Shown one piece after another: positions 28,973 through 38,284 of a stretch of 64,000 bases of DNA. Under the pieces are notes generated by a model, which was not told the origin of the DNA, did not search any database, and worked only from the letters and a program-made list of their open reading frames with translations. The stretch lies in the IMG/VR virus record IMGVR_UViG_3300026382_000175, positions 1-64,000 of that record. The stretch is one strand, 5' to 3'. The first letter of the stretch is position 1. The number at the start of each line of letters is the position of its first letter. The translations under genes and the position numbers were made by a program. Source of the DNA: a virus.

Positions 28973-29738
28973 AGGTTAAGTGTTCTATCTTTAGGTTAAA
29001 ACTTCTTTTAGTAGCATTAGGTATGTTAGGTAGTTCTATCTTTACAGTACCATTCACACTGGGAGGATAGGCCTGAGCTGAACCATATCCTCCATACTCC
29101 ATAGAGAAGGAAGGAACATTTATGTAGTAGGTTTTGTGGAATCTAATCCTAGAATGTTTTCTATCTATTATGTACTTTTGGTCTGCTGTTATTATGAAGT
29201 CGTGAGTGTGGCCTGTTAGGATTATATCTGCATTAGGGAAGATATTACCAAACCTGTGCAAATTGTTTATCTTACCTCCCTTTAACCTGCCTCCTCCTAT
29301 TCCATGATGCAACACTAAGTACCAAGCTGTTTTAGGTAGAGAAACTTTTAAGACTAGAAAGTCTGGAGAATAGAATCTTTCTAAGTTTAGCTTTCTCATT
29401 AAGAGGGATAGGATATCTAATCCTACTGATTTGGATATACGGTTCTCGTGGTTTCCACTTACTACTCCTATTATCCTATCTCTAATAGGTTTTAAGACTG
29501 AAACTGCTAACCTTATCTCTTCATCTATTGACTTAGCCTTGTAAGGATTACCTTTACTACCTATGATAGCTGATTCTAACAAGTCTCCTAATAATACTAC
29601 CCTAACATTAGGGTTAGATGTTATATAGTTAAGAACTGAGTGGATTTTGCGTAGGTTACAGGTTTCTGAACCTAAATGTAAGTCTGATAGAGGTAGGAGT
29701 TCTATTGAGTCTTGTTCTTTTATTGTTATGAACTTCAC
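28965..29738 (-). CDS. Calcineurin-like metallophosphoesterase
   Basis: DLHLG, GDLLE, GNHE, HHG and GHTH motifs. Confidence 0.9.
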   Translation of the reverse strand: MKFITIKEQDSIELLPLSDLHLGSETCNLRKIHSVLNYITSNPNVRVVLLGDLLESAIIGSKGNPYKAKSIDEEIRLAVSVLKPIRDRIIGVVSGNHENRISKSVGLDILSLLMRKLNLERFYSPDFLVLKVSLPKTAWYLVLHHGIGGGRLKGGKINNLHRFGNIFPNADIILTGHTHDFIITADQKYIIDRKHSRIRFHKTYYINVPSFSMEYGGYGSAQAYPPSVNGTVKIELPNIPNATKRSFNLKIEHLTFE

Positions 29739-29754
29739 ATTCAGAACCTCTTAA

Positions 29755-31620
29755 TCAATCAAAATAGCTACCCCAAAACAGTTGAGTTAGAGTTTGGTTT
29801 TGTTGAGAGGTATTACTTACTTCTGCTTTATGAATCCTTTGGAAAGCTAACTGTTTGATTAAATCTTTATTAGTTACTAAATTCCAATAAACTCCTACTA
29901 CTGCATCAGCACCATCTTTACTACCTTTAGTTCCATCAGGGAACTCTTGAGGGTGATCTATTTTCTTACCTATATCCTCTACATGTAATAACTCTTTAAT
30001 CAGTAAGTCGTGTTTAGGTATCCAAACTCTTTCCTCATATATAGCGTCTCTGAAGGAGAGGTAAGGGTCTTTAGTTCTATCTACTGATAAGAGAGCTGTT
30101 TTATAACCCATCTGGGTTAACTGTTGCCTCATATCCTCAGACTGAAACCCATCAATAGTTACCATTGCTATTGGGTAACCTAATCTAGAAAGGTCTACTA
30201 TGAATTGTCTTATCTTGTAAAATGGAATTCTCTCCCCTGGTAGAGGTTCTAAATAAGCTACGAAATCTATAACTACTTCTGGTTCAGAAAAAGAGTGTTT
30301 TTCTAAAGTTAGTGGGTCAACTCTTTCTATTGTTTTGTAGCCTTTTATGTAACCTGAAGCTATACCTGTCCTATCTCCTGTTATGGAAAGGTCTATATGA
30401 ATAACTCTAGGGCACTCTTTAAAGAGTGGGTTCTTTAGGTAGTTTATGTTGAAGTAGTTAATTAAGACATCTGATTTGTCGTTAAAGGATAATCTAATTA
30501 TCTGTTGGTTAACAGGGTTAGTAACTGAAGCTTGTTTTATGAGTATGTTTTTAGTTTTGAATATCCTATGGGTTGAACCTACTGAATAACCAGCTAAGTC
30601 TCTTATGGCATTGTGTAAGTCTAACTCAAATTTATCCTTTAGCTCTATTGGAACTTCTATTACCTTAGTTTCATCTATGTATTGCAGTTGGGACTCATCT
30701 TCTATTATGAATGGATCAGTAGTTTCATCTCCTATGAAAACCTTAAAGGTTTCACCTGAATAAATACCTAGATGTTTCTTAACTTCCCATATAGGGTATT
30801 GGAAGATTATTACTCCTTGCTTACCTCTTACCTTTTCTGCATGCTGGGAAACGAAATCAGTAGGAGATTTCTCAGAAGACACTAAGCAAAGATGTCCTGG
30901 AAGTTTGCCACCAGCTTGAGCAAACCTAGATTCCATTCTTCTAAGGAGTGCATTGTAAGACTCTTGAGCTTGGTTAGATATTACATCAAAGTTAGCTTCA
31001 TCAAGTATTCCTCCAAATACAGCCATACCAAGAGTGTGGGTAAACCTAGAACCTGCTACTATACCTATGTTATTAACAAATCTGATTTCAGATGTTTTCC
31101 TATTCTCAGCATCTAAATGTTCTTGGAAGAACTCTGAGTTAGCTATTAGGTTCTTAAATGGTTCATATAAAACCTGATCAGCCAATCCTAGTGTAGCGTT
31201 GAAGAGAGCTATTACTATCCTATCAGTAGGAATTAAGTTAAACTTTTTATGAGGATTTTCCAATAGGAGAAGTTTATAAAGATCATAAAGTGTTATAACC
31301 CTTGCTATTGAACTCTTGCCAACCCCTATCGCACCTCGCAAGATGCACTCATAATAAGGAGAGTAGAATGGGTTAGGAAAGATTGTTTTTAGAGCTTCTT
31401 TCCATAATGGGTATATCTTACCTCCTAAAGAAAGGCCTAAATACTTAGGATGTTCTATAAAGGTTATTATGTCTACTGGAACTTCTTTATAGCCCTCTAA
31501 TTCAGCATATAGTTGGAATAAAGATTGAGGGTCATTTTGGAACTTCTCTATTAGCTTCTTTAGTATAGACCTCTCTTTAGGAGGTAAGGTTTTTAGTTTA
31601 TTGATTAGTTGGTTTAGCAT
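29755..31620 (-). CDS. terL: Terminase large subunit
   Basis: Walker A GAIGVGKS, Walker B ILDE, nuclease HIDLS...D, 'DGFQS', 'KIDHP...SKDGADA'. Confidence 0.92.
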   Translation of the reverse strand: MLNQLINKLKTLPPKERSILKKLIEKFQNDPQSLFQLYAELEGYKEVPVDIITFIEHPKYLGLSLGGKIYPLWKEALKTIFPNPFYSPYYECILRGAIGVGKSSIARVITLYDLYKLLLLENPHKKFNLIPTDRIVIALFNATLGLADQVLYEPFKNLIANSEFFQEHLDAENRKTSEIRFVNNIGIVAGSRFTHTLGMAVFGGILDEANFDVISNQAQESYNALLRRMESRFAQAGGKLPGHLCLVSSEKSPTDFVSQHAEKVRGKQGVIIFQYPIWEVKKHLGIYSGETFKVFIGDETTDPFIIEDESQLQYIDETKVIEVPIELKDKFELDLHNAIRDLAGYSVGSTHRIFKTKNILIKQASVTNPVNQQIIRLSFNDKSDVLINYFNINYLKNPLFKECPRVIHIDLSITGDRTGIASGYIKGYKTIERVDPLTLEKHSFSEPEVVIDFVAYLEPLPGERIPFYKIRQFIVDLSRLGYPIAMVTIDGFQSEDMRQQLTQMGYKTALLSVDRTKDPYLSFRDAIYEERVWIPKHDLLIKELLHVEDIGKKIDHPQEFPDGTKGSKDGADAVVGVYWNLVTNKDLIKQLAFQRIHKAEVSNTSQQNQTLTQLFWGSYFD

Positions 31621-31650
31621 TATTGAACTCTTTTAGAGTGTTATGGATTT

Positions 31651-31726
31651 GCAAGGTAGGAGAAGGGAGGACTGGGACTCCCTTTACCTGAGTGGCCAAC
31701 TCAGGCTCTCCTACCCTGCCCCAGTC
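31651..31726 (-). ncRNA. Structured element: three-way junction plus 7-bp pseudoknot
   Basis: Helices 31651-63/31707-19, 31664-69/31678-83 and 31687-93/31699-705; loop GACTGGG is complementary to 31720-26. Confidence 0.65.
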
Positions 31727-31769
31727 TGATATATGGGTTGTGAGGAATAATGTTTTGAGGTTGTATTAG

Positions 31770-32249
31770 CTATACTTCTAGATGTTCTACTACTGAACTT
31801 AGTATTTCCTTTAGGGTATTTCTGGTTTCTTGATTTATCTCTAGTTGCTCTAGTATAGAAGAGTCTTCTTCAGTTTCTACTACTCTTAACTCTACTGATT
31901 GAGATAACTTAGAAAGTTCTTTTAGGATTGGTACTAAGGACTTAAGGTTATTGAATACTGAGTTATAAGCTTGAACTAATCCATTATAGAACTCTACCTG
32001 TTCTATGAAGTTAGAGAAGTTAGCGTTAGAAAGTAATTCGTCTTCTAGGGTTTCAAGTTTCTCTCCTAGTTTTATCAGACGAGACATGTACTTTTTTATC
32101 ATTAACCTTGTAAAAGAAGCTACTTCTAACTTTAGGGAATCTAAGTCTGGGTCTAGTTTGAAATCCTTGGAATTACCTTCTAGGTAGTCTCTTAGAGAGG
32201 TTAGTTGTTTATCTAGTTCTGATTGAACCTTTATGTTAGGCTTTTTCAT
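31770..32249 (-). CDS. Putative terminase small subunit
   Basis: Helical 159-aa protein directly upstream of terL; position only. Confidence 0.45.
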   Translation of the reverse strand: MKKPNIKVQSELDKQLTSLRDYLEGNSKDFKLDPDLDSLKLEVASFTRLMIKKYMSRLIKLGEKLETLEDELLSNANFSNFIEQVEFYNGLVQAYNSVFNNLKSLVPILKELSKLSQSVELRVVETEEDSSILEQLEINQETRNTLKEILSSVVEHLEV

Positions 32250-32269
32250 TAGCTACCTCTTTAAGGTTA

Positions 32270-32400
32270 AAGAAAGGGTAGAGGGTTATTTCCTCTACCC
32301 TTTAACTCTCCTGGTCAGGGAGGAGAGATGAGGGGGAAGGAGGTCAGAATGGAATACAAAGTAAAGAGAATAGTTCAAGAAGGGAGAGTATTATTTAGCC
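32270..32400 (-). ncRNA. Putative trans-acting antisense sRNA with two mRNA targets
   Basis: 32311-32332 equals 61624-61645 (22/22). 32349-32379 vs 42378-42408 is 26/31 with all differences G:U-compatible. Ends in a terminator; 5' end uncertain. Confidence 0.7.
32273..32303 (-). terminator. Intrinsic terminator hairpin (3' end of the putative sRNA)
   Basis: 12-bp perfect stem AAAGGGTAGAGG/CCTCTACCCTTT followed by CTTT. Confidence 0.75.
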
Positions 32401-32449
32401 TTAGCTAACCTAGTTAAGGTAAGTTAACTCTATTATAATAACTTGATAA

Positions 32450-32884
32450 TTATAATGGTACTTGATTAGGTAGGTTAGAAATTAAAGTTTGGATTGGATT
32501 GTTTATGTAGGAATAGGATTTAACTATACTTTGGATTAGATTAGCTAATGAACAGTCTTGGTCAAACTGGTAGTTTATTTCGTACTTCTCATTAAACTTG
32601 GACTCATCTATTAATAAGGAAAACTTTAGGTCTTTAGCTTTTATGTGGGTTAGGATTAGTTCTAATAAAGTAAGCATAAGGCTTCTGCTTACTTTAAGTC
32701 TTAACTTTTTATCAAACTGATAATACTTAAGAGGAATGGTTAGCATTAGTCCAGAGTTAATATCATTGGCTGTAAAGTGGTATTTAGGATAGCGTAGTGT
32801 GGAAGAGTAGGTTAGGTTTAGCAAGTAGGTTTTCCTTTTGCCCTTCTTTAATCTCCTTATGAAGTCTCTTTCTATAATCAACAT
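32450..32884 (-). CDS. Hypothetical protein
   Basis: ORF with GGAG RBS. Confidence 0.6.
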   Translation of the reverse strand: MLIIERDFIRRLKKGKRKTYLLNLTYSSTLRYPKYHFTANDINSGLMLTIPLKYYQFDKKLRLKVSRSLMLTLLELILTHIKAKDLKFSLLIDESKFNEKYEINYQFDQDCSLANLIQSIVKSYSYINNPIQTLISNLPNQVPL

Positions 32885-32897
32885 GATTAGCTCTCCT

Positions 32898-33422
32898 TTA
32901 TACGTAAACTGGAGATAAACAGTAGTTAAGGAAGAAGTCTAACCAAGTTCCTATGTAATCATTATTAACGATGTAGAAAGGTAAAGATTCAGGTCTTTTA
33001 GGTAAGTAAAGGTTTAAAAGGTTGGAGAAGTCTGGTATTCTGTTTAAGTGATCAATGTTTACTATTGCTAAGGGTCGCATGTTATTGGTAGCAAATACTA
33101 TCATTGGGAATGGAAATACTCCAAAGTGTTCATAGTACTTATGAGAGGCTACTTCTAATTGGTTAACCCAATCCTTTAGTTCCGATGTAAAGGTTAGGAG
33201 TTGGTTGGCTGAAACTCTAGAACGCTTTTTACACTCTACTATTAAGTGAGGTCTTTTTATTGTGTCTGGAGAGAATACTATGTCTGAGTAGTCAACCTGG
33301 TAAGTACCTGAAGATAAGGCTCTGTGGCATTCATGTTTTTTAAGATTCCAACACTCTCTAAAGATTTTAGCTACCCTCTCTTCAAACTGCTTTCCCTTAT
33401 TCTTAGACCTATTTCTACCCAT
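32898..33422 (-). CDS. Holliday junction resolvase-like PD-(D/E)xK nuclease
   Basis: 'SKNKGKQFEERVA...SG....SDI....IVECK'. Confidence 0.8.
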   Translation of the reverse strand: MGRNRSKNKGKQFEERVAKIFRECWNLKKHECHRALSSGTYQVDYSDIVFSPDTIKRPHLIVECKKRSRVSANQLLTFTSELKDWVNQLEVASHKYYEHFGVFPFPMIVFATNNMRPLAIVNIDHLNRIPDFSNLLNLYLPKRPESLPFYIVNNDYIGTWLDFFLNYCLSPVYV

Positions 33423-33594
33423 ACTTACTTCTCCTTATTAACCTCTTTAGAATCTTTACCAGTTTGATTTTCTCTGAATCAGTTAATAATCTCCAACCTA
33501 ATCTATTGTCGTAAACTTGAACCTTAAAACAGTTTTGGCAAAATCTGTAATACTTTGACTTGACTTTAACCTCCTCCCACTGATGGTTGCACAC
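33415..33594 (-). CDS. Small Cys/His protein (59 aa), missed by the ORF track
   Basis: GGAG-N6-GTG; MCNHQWEEVKVKSKYYRFCQNCFKVQ...; fills the gap between nrdB and the resolvase. Confidence 0.65.
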   Translation of the reverse strand: MCNHQWEEVKVKSKYYRFCQNCFKVQVYDNRLGWRLLTDSEKIKLVKILKRLIRRSKYG

Positions 33595-33605
33595 AATTCA
33601 CTCCA

Positions 33606-34712
33606 CTAATCAAAGTTAATCTTGTCTATATCTTCTTCACTTACAGGTATGTGAGCATAATCAATAGCTCCAGTTTCAAAGAAAGAGGTTTTGTCTTGAG
33701 TTAAGAGTTTTTCTATATCCTCAAATGGATTTCTGTTAACATCAAATATCGGAGATATGCCTAATAAGGCTAACCTTTGGTTAGTTAAGGTTTGAATGTA
33801 GTCTTTAATGTTCTGTTCAGTCATTAATGGAACTTCTCCTGCTACTGAATTAGTATAAAATTCAATATCTGCTTCTGCACTCCTACCAAATATCTCTTTA
33901 ATTTCTTCTTCGTTGTAGTAATATCCTCTATCCCTCCACTCTTTTAGAATGTAAGTAAATAGAGGAATATGGAGAACTTCATCCTTTCTGATCTGGGTTA
34001 TCTGTTGATTAGAGCCTTGAAGAATGCCCAATTTATAAGCAAAAATATGGAAAGTATTAAATCCTGTAAAGAACACTACTCCTTCAATAGCTAAATCGTT
34101 TACCATAGCTCTAAAAACAGCTCTTTGGAGAGTTTCTTGTCTGTAAGAAAGTTGATTTAGATTATTCTCATCTACTATTCCTCTGTTAACTAAATCATTA
34201 AGAGCTTGAAAATCCCTAGTTATAGCGTAATTCCTCTTAAGAAGAGGTTCAAAATGCTTGAACTTGTAGTAAACCTCATTAATCTTCTTGTCATCTTCCC
34301 CAAACACTGATTTAAGTATATACTGGTAAGACTCTCTGTGAAGGGATTCAATAGCTGTATGCCAATAGAGAGCTGTTTTTATTTCCTCATCAGCCATTAC
34401 TCTTAACAGTGTTGAAGTATTATTAGGAACTATTGAGTCTAGGAGAATTAGAAAGGATATAACATACTCAAAGGTATCCTTTATACCTTTAGGTAAGTCA
34501 TCAAACTGCTTTTTGTCCTCAGACATAGATATTTCCTCTGGTCTCCAAAGAATAGACATAGCTTGCTTAATCCACTCTATTGCATAAGAGTGTTTGTTCA
34601 GGTTGAGGTTGGCTAGTCCTGTAGACTTTTCTACTACTTCATCAGTCCAGATTAATTCACTGAAGTTGTCATTACCATTTGGATTAAACACTTGAGGAAA
34701 CCTACTTACCAT
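33606..34712 (-). CDS. nrdB: Ribonucleotide reductase class I beta subunit
   Basis: 'W.PEEI.MSED', 'ESLHRESY', 'EGVVFFTGF', 'KDEVLH', 'FFE...DY'. Confidence 0.93.
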   Translation of the reverse strand: MVSRFPQVFNPNGNDNFSELIWTDEVVEKSTGLANLNLNKHSYAIEWIKQAMSILWRPEEISMSEDKKQFDDLPKGIKDTFEYVISFLILLDSIVPNNTSTLLRVMADEEIKTALYWHTAIESLHRESYQYILKSVFGEDDKKINEVYYKFKHFEPLLKRNYAITRDFQALNDLVNRGIVDENNLNQLSYRQETLQRAVFRAMVNDLAIEGVVFFTGFNTFHIFAYKLGILQGSNQQITQIRKDEVLHIPLFTYILKEWRDRGYYYNEEEIKEIFGRSAEADIEFYTNSVAGEVPLMTEQNIKDYIQTLTNQRLALLGISPIFDVNRNPFEDIEKLLTQDKTSFFETGAIDYAHIPVSEEDIDKINFD

Positions 34713-34742
34713 CTTTTCTAACCTCCTTAGTAGAGTAGTATA

Positions 34743-37181
34743 TTAATTAGCACAGCTTACACACTCTTCTTTAGCTTGTTCTCCTTCTGCTTTAGCTACT
34801 ATCCTAGCATAGTAAAGAGCTTTTATTCCACTCTTCCAAGCCTTATAGATAAACTGACCTAGTATCCTACCCACTTCTTCTTTTGGAATGAAACCATCTC
34901 TTATGTTAACTGGATAATCAAAAGAAATTCCTGAGTCTATATACTTTTGTATAAACGAAACTATCTCTATTACATCGTATAAGTCCTGCTCAGTAAACTT
35001 TGAATACTCATCATAATAAAACCAACCTTCTGTAATATATCTAGGAAATACTACATAAACTCCAGTAGACTGCTTTTCAGTCTGAATAAGGTTAAACGGA
35101 GGAAAAATACTTGCAGTAGTTCCTGCGTAAATAGATGTAGAAGTATTAGGAGGAGCATTTAACAGCATTGTATTCCTGATTCCATATTTCTGAATATCTT
35201 CTATCAACTCATCAACTTCACCCCTATCTACATCAAATTCAACAACAGGAGAAACTTCAAAACCTTCTCCATAAGGGATTTGGCCTAAGAGTACTTCGTT
35301 CCACTTAGTTTCACTATACTTATTTGTTCTACCTTTCTCTTTAGCTAAATCTACACTAGCTCTTATAGAGTAAAATGCTATCCTACCAAATATCTGCTTA
35401 AGCAAGTTAAACAACTCATCTTTGTTAACATTTCTACTAGTTAACCTGTAAGCGTATAATTTATTGTCGTCTATTGACTTCCTAATGAGTAAGTCTGCTA
35501 GTCCTACAAACCCTATTCCTAAAGTTCTGTAGTCCTGATTGTGCTTTTTAATCTCATAGATAGGATGACCTGCTATGTCAAGAATGTTGTCCATATACCT
35601 AACTACTAACCTCATCAAAGAACTTAATTTCTGATTATCCTGTAAATAACCTAGCTCATACAAAACTGGTAAGTTGAGGGAAAGAAGGTTGCAAGAGTGT
35701 ACATAACCTAAATCTTCTATCTTTTCATCAGGTTTCTTACCTTCAGGGTTTGAGTTAGAAAAAGGAGAGTAAGACTCTACACAAAGGTTCCCACACTTAA
35801 TTTGCTCCTTGAAGGGAGAATACTGATTTACTGTGTCTACAAAGAAGATATAAGGCATTCCTGATGCCAATATGTTCTTTATTAATTGTCTATAAATTTC
35901 CCTAACCTTATAAACTTTACCTCTTATCTTTCCTTGCTTAACTAACTCCTCTGCTTTCGTATAATTTTCCTCAAACTCTTTCCCCCAACAGTTTACCAAG
36001 TCAATACCACACTTCATTTTCAACTCATAGTGGTCTATGAGTGTCCAATCTTTATTCTCTTTAACCCTCTCCATAAACAAGTCTGGTACTACTACTTGAG
36101 GGTAGAGGGAGAACATTTTCATTCTTATTTCCCCAATAGGATTACGCATAGCCATAAAGTCCAATATATCCATATGCCATATAGGGAGAGCTACTGTACC
36201 AGCTCCTTTGCGTTTTCCAAGCTGATCTATCGTATCTAACATATCGTCAAGTATCTTACACCACTTTAACACTGATACTGATTTACCTTTATTCCCTTGT
36301 ATATAACTTCCATTAGGTCTTACTTCTCCAAGATAAATACCTAACCCTCCTCCTCTTTTACTAATCTCTGCAACTTGCCAAAATGAATACATAATACTTT
36401 CAAGGTTATCGTGAATATCAAGGATATTACAAGATGATAAATTACCTTTAGCTCTTCTAAGGTTAGAAAGTTGAGGAGTAGCTGGAATTATTACCCTATC
36501 AAGTAATAGTTTATAAAACTTTTTAACATTATTCATGAATAATTCTTTATTTTGCTTATAATCTGGAAGAAAACCAAGAATAGAAATTAAGAGGAGAGCT
36601 TCGGCAAAAGTTTCAACAGGTTTATTATTATAAGTCAATATATATGATTTTGAGAATTTTACTACCTGATAGTAAAAGTCATTCCACATAAAATAAGGAA
36701 AGTTATAATTATAATCTAACTGAACCTTTTTAGCATACTCATAGAGTTCTTCAAGAATGTCATTAGAGATTTTAAGTATTCTCTCATCATAAATACCTAA
36801 TTCTATATACTTTTTTAAGTGAAAAATCCAATCGTTAGCATCTTGAAAAAACCCGTAATCATCAGTAAAAGTGTCATACTCCCTTTCTCTATGTAATCTT
36901 ATGTCTTTTATCCAATCTAATAAATAAAACCTACCTGCTAGAATAGAATAGTCTTTAATTCTACCTTTATCTGATATTGAAAGCTTATTAGCAGTAGCTA
37001 TTAAATTTTGTTGGATTTCTTTAGTAGTAATACCAGACTTAAGAGTAAAGCGAAATTCTTTCCAAAATTGCTCATCATCTATATTTAGACCTTGCCTGCA
37101 AAAGTTATACATCTTAATAATCTTATCCATACTGAAAGGTTCTTTATGACCGTCTCTCTTTACAACTTCAATTCCTATCAT
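34743..37181 (-). CDS. nrdA: Ribonucleotide reductase class I alpha subunit with ATP cone
   Basis: 'VVKRDG', 'PATP', 'LSSC', 'GGG.G', 'GNLCVE', 'APPNTS', 'KALYY' and C-terminal CVSC. Confidence 0.96.
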   Translation of the reverse strand: MIGIEVVKRDGHKEPFSMDKIIKMYNFCRQGLNIDDEQFWKEFRFTLKSGITTKEIQQNLIATANKLSISDKGRIKDYSILAGRFYLLDWIKDIRLHREREYDTFTDDYGFFQDANDWIFHLKKYIELGIYDERILKISNDILEELYEYAKKVQLDYNYNFPYFMWNDFYYQVVKFSKSYILTYNNKPVETFAEALLLISILGFLPDYKQNKELFMNNVKKFYKLLLDRVIIPATPQLSNLRRAKGNLSSCNILDIHDNLESIMYSFWQVAEISKRGGGLGIYLGEVRPNGSYIQGNKGKSVSVLKWCKILDDMLDTIDQLGKRKGAGTVALPIWHMDILDFMAMRNPIGEIRMKMFSLYPQVVVPDLFMERVKENKDWTLIDHYELKMKCGIDLVNCWGKEFEENYTKAEELVKQGKIRGKVYKVREIYRQLIKNILASGMPYIFFVDTVNQYSPFKEQIKCGNLCVESYSPFSNSNPEGKKPDEKIEDLGYVHSCNLLSLNLPVLYELGYLQDNQKLSSLMRLVVRYMDNILDIAGHPIYEIKKHNQDYRTLGIGFVGLADLLIRKSIDDNKLYAYRLTSRNVNKDELFNLLKQIFGRIAFYSIRASVDLAKEKGRTNKYSETKWNEVLLGQIPYGEGFEVSPVVEFDVDRGEVDELIEDIQKYGIRNTMLLNAPPNTSTSIYAGTTASIFPPFNLIQTEKQSTGVYVVFPRYITEGWFYYDEYSKFTEQDLYDVIEIVSFIQKYIDSGISFDYPVNIRDGFIPKEEVGRILGQFIYKAWKSGIKALYYARIVAKAEGEQAKEECVSCAN

Positions 37182-38266
37182 CTATTAACCTCCTCCTTAA
37201 GAATTTTCTCATCAAATAATCCAATTTCTAAATTAAATCTTGCATAATAATCTTTATCTCCATACTCTACATAAACATATTTAACATCTTTATTCCAATC
37301 ATTACTTTGCATTTGTTTATATTTATCTTGAATATCTAAAATCCTAATAGTAAATCCTCCCTTATCATACAAACCTAACTTATCATCTCCTATAACTTTA
37401 ATATATTGACCTAAAAATTCAGGTTGATATTTGTATAAAAGCTCAAGTTCTGCTTTAGCTACTTCTCTTATTTGTTCTTGAGCTTGTTTTGAATATCTTT
37501 CTACATAAAAATTCCTTGCACATTTGTAATCTTTCATTACCCAAAATACAGTATAAAGAGATTGAGGTAATACAGAACGGGCTACTTCAGGTTTATAGCC
37601 TATTTTAAGCAAAATCTTATACATACTTTCAAGTTCTTGATAAAAATAACTAAGCTCTTGGAATGTTAAACCTGTTGCTTCATTAAGCAACCCATCTGGA
37701 TACCAAAACTCAAATTCTACTTTATCAGGTTTTACATATCTACGAGAAAGTTCTAAATATGAGCAACACCTATGACGATGATATTGACTTCTTACAAAGA
37801 GAGGAACTTTAACTTTAAAAGTAGCTATTGTTTGTTTGTGCCATTTTATAAAATTTTCTAAATCCTTTTCAGACGCAGAATCACTATCAAGTCTACTTGA
37901 AATTTGAGATAATACAAAATGCTTAAAATTCCTTTGATGTAACTCCTCTTCAAACGTAAAAATTCTTTTATTTCTCAGAGAATGCTCAATACCAATATAA
38001 AAATACGAATCATCTTTTCTCATAGGAAATCTAATAAATTCAAATGGACTTTTATGCCCTTTTTTAATAAGAAAATCCCAAAGTTTTTTAGGATTTTTAG
38101 CCATTTCATTACCATAGCTGATTGATGCTACTACTGATACAGCTTCCTCTCTTGATTCTTGATTAAGATTGGATAAAGAAAAATCCCATAGTTCCACAAA
38201 TCCTTTTACAGGAGAGTAATCATAAATCTCCTTTTTAGCTATTTTCTTTAAATACTTCAGTCTCAT
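37178..38266 (-). CDS. thyX: Flavin-dependent thymidylate synthase
   Basis: 'GHKSPFE', 'QYHRHRCCSYLELSRRY', 'PEVARSVLPQ', 'AQEQIR'. Confidence 0.92.
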   Translation of the reverse strand: MRLKYLKKIAKKEIYDYSPVKGFVELWDFSLSNLNQESREEAVSVVASISYGNEMAKNPKKLWDFLIKKGHKSPFEFIRFPMRKDDSYFYIGIEHSLRNKRIFTFEEELHQRNFKHFVLSQISSRLDSDSASEKDLENFIKWHKQTIATFKVKVPLFVRSQYHRHRCCSYLELSRRYVKPDKVEFEFWYPDGLLNEATGLTFQELSYFYQELESMYKILLKIGYKPEVARSVLPQSLYTVFWVMKDYKCARNFYVERYSKQAQEQIREVAKAELELLYKYQPEFLGQYIKVIGDDKLGLYDKGGFTIRILDIQDKYKQMQSNDWNKDVKYVYVEYGDKDYYARFNLEIGLFDEKILKEEVNR

Positions 38267-38284
38267 CTTTTAGCCTCCTTCCAT

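Noticed and set aside
31651-31726. Hammerhead/HDV ribozyme or tRNA
   Set aside because: No CUGAnGA/GAAA core, no HDV P1.1/P4 arrangement, and no T-loop or cloverleaf.
32349-32408. Plus-strand 19-aa ORF MEYKVKRIVQEGRVLFSLS as a gene relic
   Set aside because: It runs opposite to local transcription and does not explain the adjacent 22-nt match to a second gene or the all-wobble differences. Kept only as an alternative to the sRNA model.
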